IMG/VR virus record: IMGVR_UViG_3300012162_000002
Coordinates: 3,096-67,095 of that record
Source: a virus
Strand: one strand, 5' to 3'
DNA: 64,000 nucleotides
A program made the position numbers and the translations under genes. The stretch's first letter is position 1. Each line of letters opens with the position of its first letter. Below, in pieces: positions 59,461-64,000 of the stretch. The notes beneath the pieces are model-generated. The model saw only the letters and a program-made list of their open reading frames with translations. It searched no databases and had not been told where the DNA came from.

Positions 59461-59522
59461 GAGCCTAAATGGAAATATCTAAAAATATTTTAGAGTTGCC
59501 GGTTCAAATCCGGCTAGGCTCC
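59461..59522 (+). ncRNA. D-arm-less tRNA-like element
   Basis: GAGCCTA/TAGGCTC acceptor, GCCGG-TTCAAAT-CCGGC T arm, TCTAA/TTAGA arm; no D stem. Confidence 0.6.
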
Positions 59523-59809
59523 TAAACTTTCTATTGACCGGCTAATAGGACAAGTGAGACTGGATGAATGAAACCAGCATAAAAAATAATTGGAGCAAAA
59601 CCAATCCAAAAAAACCTTACAAATAGTATTTAATTACAAATGTAAAAGAAGACTTTGTATATCATAGTGTGGTGATAAAGACCTGAATTAGATTTCAAAT
59701 ACTATGGAATGTATTATGAGTATTGTCATACAAAATAATGTGAAATAAAAATTTCACTTGTGCTATTAGCAGCTATTAGAAAATATTTTTTAGAAAGGAA
59801 ATAATTAAA

Positions 59810-60424
59810 GTGGGTAATTACTTAATTACAGATGGTGATAGATTTATATATCGCAATCATTCTGGCAAATATGTTCCTGTTAAAAGCGAATCTATGGCTG
59901 ATTTATACAGTAAGAAACAAGCGGAAGCAATACATGCTAATTGCATTCCGAAATCCTTACGAAAGCTATTCCGTGTTGAACGAAGTAGTGTAATACAAGT
60001 TGATAAGAGCATTAAACCGCCAGATGCGGTTCAAATAAGTAATAATACGGAAAAGGTAATGTTATCAACGAATATACAGCTATGGGTAGATAAGATCAAA
60101 GATTTAAATGGGTTGGCTGCGGAGGTATCTGAAAGAAAAGAGACTTTATTAAACCAACTAAGAGATGTTGATAAAAAGATATCGGATATTAATCATTACA
60201 TAGAATTTACTAAATTAAATGCTAGTCAAGGATTTAAAGCTTATAAACTGATAAAAGATAATCTTTCTCATAGAAGAGTTGTTAAGAATGAACTCACTGT
60301 GTTGAATATCATTCTTGATTATAAACTTGACGAGGCTGTTGAAGAGGAAATAATGAAAAGAATCGAAGGTCTGGACAAAAGAAATTATAAACCAAGGATA
60401 CTGGAAGAGTTGTTTGATATATAA
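59810..60424 (+). CDS. coiled-coil hypothetical protein
   Basis: ORF track; GTG start after AAAGGA. Confidence 0.65.
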   Translation: MGNYLITDGDRFIYRNHSGKYVPVKSESMADLYSKKQAEAIHANCIPKSLRKLFRVERSSVIQVDKSIKPPDAVQISNNTEKVMLSTNIQLWVDKIKDLNGLAAEVSERKETLLNQLRDVDKKISDINHYIEFTKLNASQGFKAYKLIKDNLSHRRVVKNELTVLNIILDYKLDEAVEEEIMKRIEGLDKRNYKPRILEELFDI

Positions 60425-60449
60425 AACAGTTATTTGAAAAGGTGAAAAA

Positions 60450-60668
60450 ATGAATAAAAGAAAGTTAAAGAAAAATAGGAAATTAAGATGTACTTATTGT
60501 AACGATGTAGGCATGTCACAGGACGGGTGTGTTGGAAGAATTGAGAGAGTTTTAGTAGGAAGAATTCCTGATTGTGTAATATTAGAAAGGGAGATAAATT
60601 GTTGTCCGTATTGTGGAAGAGACTTACTTAAATTCAGAAGACGAAAAAGGAGAGGAAAGAAAATATGA
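60450..60668 (+). CDS. small Cys-rich basic protein
   Basis: CTYC...CPYC. Confidence 0.55.
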   Translation: MNKRKLKKNRKLRCTYCNDVGMSQDGCVGRIERVLVGRIPDCVILEREINCCPYCGRDLLKFRRRKRRGKKI

Positions 60669-60988
60669 GTAATGTTAAAGAAAGGATTGACGAAGTAATA
60701 TCTTATTCTGCTCTTATTGATTTCATCGGAGTAGGTAATGTTAAAAAACTGCAAGACGGTTTTACGGATCTACTGTTGAATAGATTACAGAATGATTTAG
60801 ATGAATATAGTAGATTTTTGTTCTATCCACCAGATCACGAAGATGTTATTGAGGAAGCATTTGATAAAGTAAAGAAAAAATTGGTGAAGTCATACAGTGA
60901 TGCTATGTTGGATGTTGCTCAAAAATCCGTAGAGAAGTGGAAAGAAACCGCATTGTCTGATATGGAAAAGCTTAAAGATAAGGAATAG
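60665..60988 (+). CDS. hypothetical protein
   Basis: ORF track, coupled start. Confidence 0.65.
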   Translation: MSNVKERIDEVISYSALIDFIGVGNVKKLQDGFTDLLLNRLQNDLDEYSRFLFYPPDHEDVIEEAFDKVKKKLVKSYSDAMLDVAQKSVEKWKETALSDMEKLKDKE

Positions 60989-61027
60989 GAATAGAAGACT
61001 CATTTGATGAGAATGGAGTGAAATTAA

Positions 61028-61136
61028 CCTGTGTTGGTACAAGGCGTTAGCTCGACGGAGCCAAACGAGTGCAAGTCTCGTAAATCGGGGGCAGCCGACA
61101 GGGAGTAAGAATAGGTTCGAATCCTATCGCCAACAA
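61028..61136 (+). ncRNA. tRNA-like RNA with extra arms
   Basis: TGTTGGT/GCCAACA closing stem, ATAGG-TTCGAAT-CCTAT T arm and three more hairpins. Confidence 0.6.
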
Positions 61137-61171
61137 TCAAATACATTTTTGATAGAAAGGATAATAGTTGA

Positions 61172-61711
61172 ATGAAAAAAAGTGATTTAAAGACAGGTAT
61201 GAGAGTTAAGTTAGGGAACGGTGATTTATGTTTGGTTTTCAAAGATTGTGAAACACAACACTACGGACATCAAGAATTATTGTTTGCTAATTTTAATTAT
61301 GGTTTTTTAATTGGAGATAATTACAATGAGGATTTAAAACATGTAAGTGATGATAAGGGTTATAGTATTGTAGAAGTATTTACAACAGAAACTGGTTTAT
61401 GTGATTCTAATATCCTTAATAAAAATAGGCTTAACAGTATATGGAAAAGAAAAATTGAATACAGTTATGATGGATTTATTAATGGTGATTTCGCGGTATG
61501 TTGTAGAACCGAACAAGATTCATATTTATTTCTGGCTTTTTTAACCGGGAAAGGAATTACATGGATAAAAGGAGAAAAATTATTTACAGATCCCCCAGAT
61601 GAATTTGAAGAAGATACATGTTTCAGCTATAAACTCTATAATAAAACTCTTACCTATGGAAATGTGAAAGATTTTAAGTCTGTAGTTTATTTTGAAAAAA
61701 GTATGTTATGA
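61172..61711 (+). CDS. hypothetical phage protein
   Basis: MKKSDLKTGMRVKLGNG, a common phage N-terminal motif. Confidence 0.65.
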   Translation: MKKSDLKTGMRVKLGNGDLCLVFKDCETQHYGHQELLFANFNYGFLIGDNYNEDLKHVSDDKGYSIVEVFTTETGLCDSNILNKNRLNSIWKRKIEYSYDGFINGDFAVCCRTEQDSYLFLAFLTGKGITWIKGEKLFTDPPDEFEEDTCFSYKLYNKTLTYGNVKDFKSVVYFEKSML

Positions 61712-61758
61712 AAATAAATACTCATTCAACGCAGTGAAGGGAGGTATATAAAATAACC

Positions 61759-62079
61759 ATGAATGACTTTGAAAAATTATATAAACAAATTGAAGATAAT
61801 AAGCTTGCTAATATTCACGATGAGCGTGAAATAAATATTATTCTTCATGCCTTAAAAAAGCAGATACCAATGGAAGCGCAGAAAATTACTAAATGGGAGG
61901 ATTATTATATCTGTCCTGCTTGTAATTATGAGTTTCCAGATATCGGCGGTATGTGTGAAATTTACGGTGTTTCAGAGACTCCCAGTTTTTGTGAATGTGG
62001 ACAGCGATTAAAATATAGTAATAAGTTTGTTTATAATGAATTCGGTGAAGCTATTGAAAGGATAATAAATGTAAATTGA
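61759..62079 (+). CDS. Zn-ribbon protein
   Basis: ALKKQIP...CPAC...FCECGQRL. Confidence 0.7.
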   Translation: MNDFEKLYKQIEDNKLANIHDEREINIILHALKKQIPMEAQKITKWEDYYICPACNYEFPDIGGMCEIYGVSETPSFCECGQRLKYSNKFVYNEFGEAIERIINVN

Positions 62080-62300
62080 TAATTGCGATAAGTACAAGAC
62101 AGTGTTTATGAAATTAAAATGCCAATTTGATATTGAAAAGTAGGAGGATAATAATATGCTTTGTCCTAAATGCGGAAGAAAAATGAAACATATTTTAAGT
62201 TTCGACAACACCAGAAACTATCAATCTTACGTTTGTAAATGTTTATTCAAGACAAAAAAGAAAAGAATACATTTTGAGGATATTGTAAAAGAAAAATAGG

Positions 62301-63020
62301 GTGGTGATTATGGGATTAAAAAAGAAATATCAAGGTTTATGGTTCTCTTATAAGTTTGGAAATAAATTAATGAAAGATAAATATCAAACAGTGGAAGAAT
62401 TTTTAAAAACAGCTTTAATAAAAAATAACTTAAACGCCCCTAAAGGTGGTACTGAAATTTTTAATATTCGTTACAATGGTGATTATGTAAATGCAAATTT
62501 GATAGTAAATACATTAAAAGATTTATATACGAACATTCTAAATAATGCTACATATTCATTAAAAAAATATGTTTATGCAAGAAAAGAAATAAAAAAATAT
62601 GTTTATGTAAGAAAAGAAATTTATTCAATTGATGATGTATATGTAAAAATAAAGGATGTTTTGGATATTGAAAAAAAGTGTAATTATACCATTGTGAACT
62701 TTGATGGCGATTTGATTTATGGAAACAGCCAACGATACCAACTCTTCTTTCACAAAGGAGTGAAATGTGTGTCTTGTGGAATTACAGGGGAATTTTTTGC
62801 TAAAGAAAAAGGAAGAAATGATAATTCATCAAGATACCATTTAAATTTATACGCCATCGATAAAGATGGAAACGAAGTTTTAATGACGAAAGATCATATA
62901 GTACCAAAATCACGAGGAGGTAAAGATTGCTTGGATAATTATCAGCCAATGTGTGCTATATGCAATAGTGATAAAGGAAATAAAATGGAGGATGAAAAAT
63001 TTTGTACAGTGCTTATATAA
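62301..63020 (+). CDS. HNH endonuclease
   Basis: CVSC...MTKDHIVPKSRGGKDCLDNYQPMCAICNSDKG. Confidence 0.85.
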   Translation: MVIMGLKKKYQGLWFSYKFGNKLMKDKYQTVEEFLKTALIKNNLNAPKGGTEIFNIRYNGDYVNANLIVNTLKDLYTNILNNATYSLKKYVYARKEIKKYVYVRKEIYSIDDVYVKIKDVLDIEKKCNYTIVNFDGDLIYGNSQRYQLFFHKGVKCVSCGITGEFFAKEKGRNDNSSRYHLNLYAIDKDGNEVLMTKDHIVPKSRGGKDCLDNYQPMCAICNSDKGNKMEDEKFCTVLI

Positions 63021-64000
63021 CAACTTTAAAAGAGTTAAGAAAACATGAAAACGCAGACAGGTTGCAGTGTTGTGTGGTATTTGGAAACAATGTAATAGTT
63101 GACTTATCATATAAAGAAGGACAAAAAGTCGTATTTTTTCCAGTAGATGGTCAGTTAAGTGAAGAGTTTGCAAATGATAATAATTTGGTAAGAAAAAAAG
63201 ATGAAGATGGAAACAATATTGGTGGTTATCTTAATCCGGATAAAAGAAATATTACAGCCTTGAAGCTAAGAGGAGAAAAATCCGAAGGTCTTGCTCTTCC
63301 TGTGGAAGTTTTAGATAAATATACTGATAGTTCTAAACTAGAAGATGGAGAACAAATTACGGTTCTTAACGGATATGAAATTTGTAAAAAGTATATTCCA
63401 GAAAACAGACAGATTAGTGAAAATAAGAGTAAAAATAAAAGTAAAACAAAGAAAAGTAAGGAAAAGATTACATACCCATTATTTATTGAACATAGTGATA
63501 CAGCACAGCTTGCTTATGCACAAAGAAATTTTAAGTATGGTGATACCTGTTACATAACATTGAAGATGCATGGAACTTCAGCCAGAACAGCAAACACTAT
63601 TCAAGTGATAAAAAAGAAACGGAAATTATTTTTGAAAAAGATATTTAAGTTAAAGGATAAGGAAATTAAAAAATTTACATGTACAAGTGGTACAAGAAGA
63701 ACTATTTTAAATAATTATGTCGGCGGTTATTACGGAAGCAATGAATTCCGTCAAAAATATCATGAATTATTTAAGGATAAGTTGCCAAAGGGCATGGAAG
63801 TATACTATGAAATTGTGGGATGGGATAAACCGGAACACACTATCATGGGGACATGCTCTAATAGTAAGGTAAAAGATAAAGAGTTTGTAAAACAATATGG
63901 TAAGAATACAGTATTTTCTTATGGATGTAAAGCCGGTGAAAATGATTGTTATATCTACCGAATGACCATGATGAATGAGGATGGGTTTATGGTAGAACTC
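63002..64000 (+). CDS. ATP-dependent RNA ligase (Rnl2/DRB0094-like) with N-terminal OB/tRNA-binding-like domain; runs off window end
   Basis: Translated by hand with no stop: KHENADRLQ...KLRGEKSEG N-domain, motif I TLKMHGTS, SGTRR, motif III YYEIVG; missed by the ORF track. Confidence 0.85.
   Translation, partial: MYSAYITTLKELRKHENADRLQCCVVFGNNVIVDLSYKEGQKVVFFPVDGQLSEEFANDNNLVRKKDEDGNNIGGYLNPDKRNITALKLRGEKSEGLALPVEVLDKYTDSSKLEDGEQITVLNGYEICKKYIPENRQISENKSKNKSKTKKSKEKITYPLFIEHSDTAQLAYAQRNFKYGDTCYITLKMHGTSARTANTIQVIKKKRKLFLKKIFKLKDKEIKKFTCTSGTRRTILNNYVGGYYGSNEFRQKYHELFKDKLPKGMEVYYEIVGWDKPEHTIMGTCSNSKVKDKEFVKQYGKNTVFSYGCKAGENDCYIYRMTMMNEDGFMVEL

Noticed and set aside
59530-59620. Hammerhead-like CTGGATGA...GAAAC
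   Set aside because: The core deviates from CUGAUGA and the required three-stem junction is absent.
63345-63557. 70-aa ORF from the track
   Set aside because: It is an out-of-frame shadow inside the RNA ligase reading frame.
1-64000. Alternative genetic code (stop-codon reassignment), suggested by the phage tRNAs
   Set aside because: Long genes are uninterrupted in code 11, all three stops are used, and neither tRNA is a suppressor.

Overview
About 64 kb of a large, AT-rich, SPbeta-like temperate phage or prophage, probably of a Clostridia host (inferred from Firmicutes-type promoters, RBSs and SOS boxes). No host genes or att sites were recognised. The left arm (1-25.7 kb, minus strand) is the late region: tail and head-tail genes, capsid, portal, terminase, a tyrosine recombinase, a phosphoesterase, ClpP, a beta-CASP nuclease, tRNA-Thr, an HU-like protein and a YonO-type single-subunit RNA polymerase. 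The RNAP-HU-...-terminase-portal-capsid order matches SPbeta. A non-coding switch region of about 2 kb with palindromes (25.7-27.7 kb) is followed by HTH genes and two long structured non-coding transcripts (28.2-29.8 kb). The right arm (30-64 kb, plus strand) is an array of small accessory genes. The most unusual observations are: (1) a 703-aa helical/TerD-domain gene flanked by six GGCTAT-N8/9-TTCCTTCT repeats, with a circularly permuted tRNA mimic (YrlA Y-RNA topology), other tRNA-like RNAs, tRNA-Gln and an RNA ligase nearby; (2) a TAAAW-N6-WTTGAW interrupted palindrome recurring at gene junctions throughout the accessory arm, suggesting cassette architecture; (3) an apparent orphan DGR target gene; (4) a MazF-fold protein with an altered active site next to an MrpR-like repressor. 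All calls come from reading motifs by eye. No database search or folding program was run, so family names and novelty need verification.
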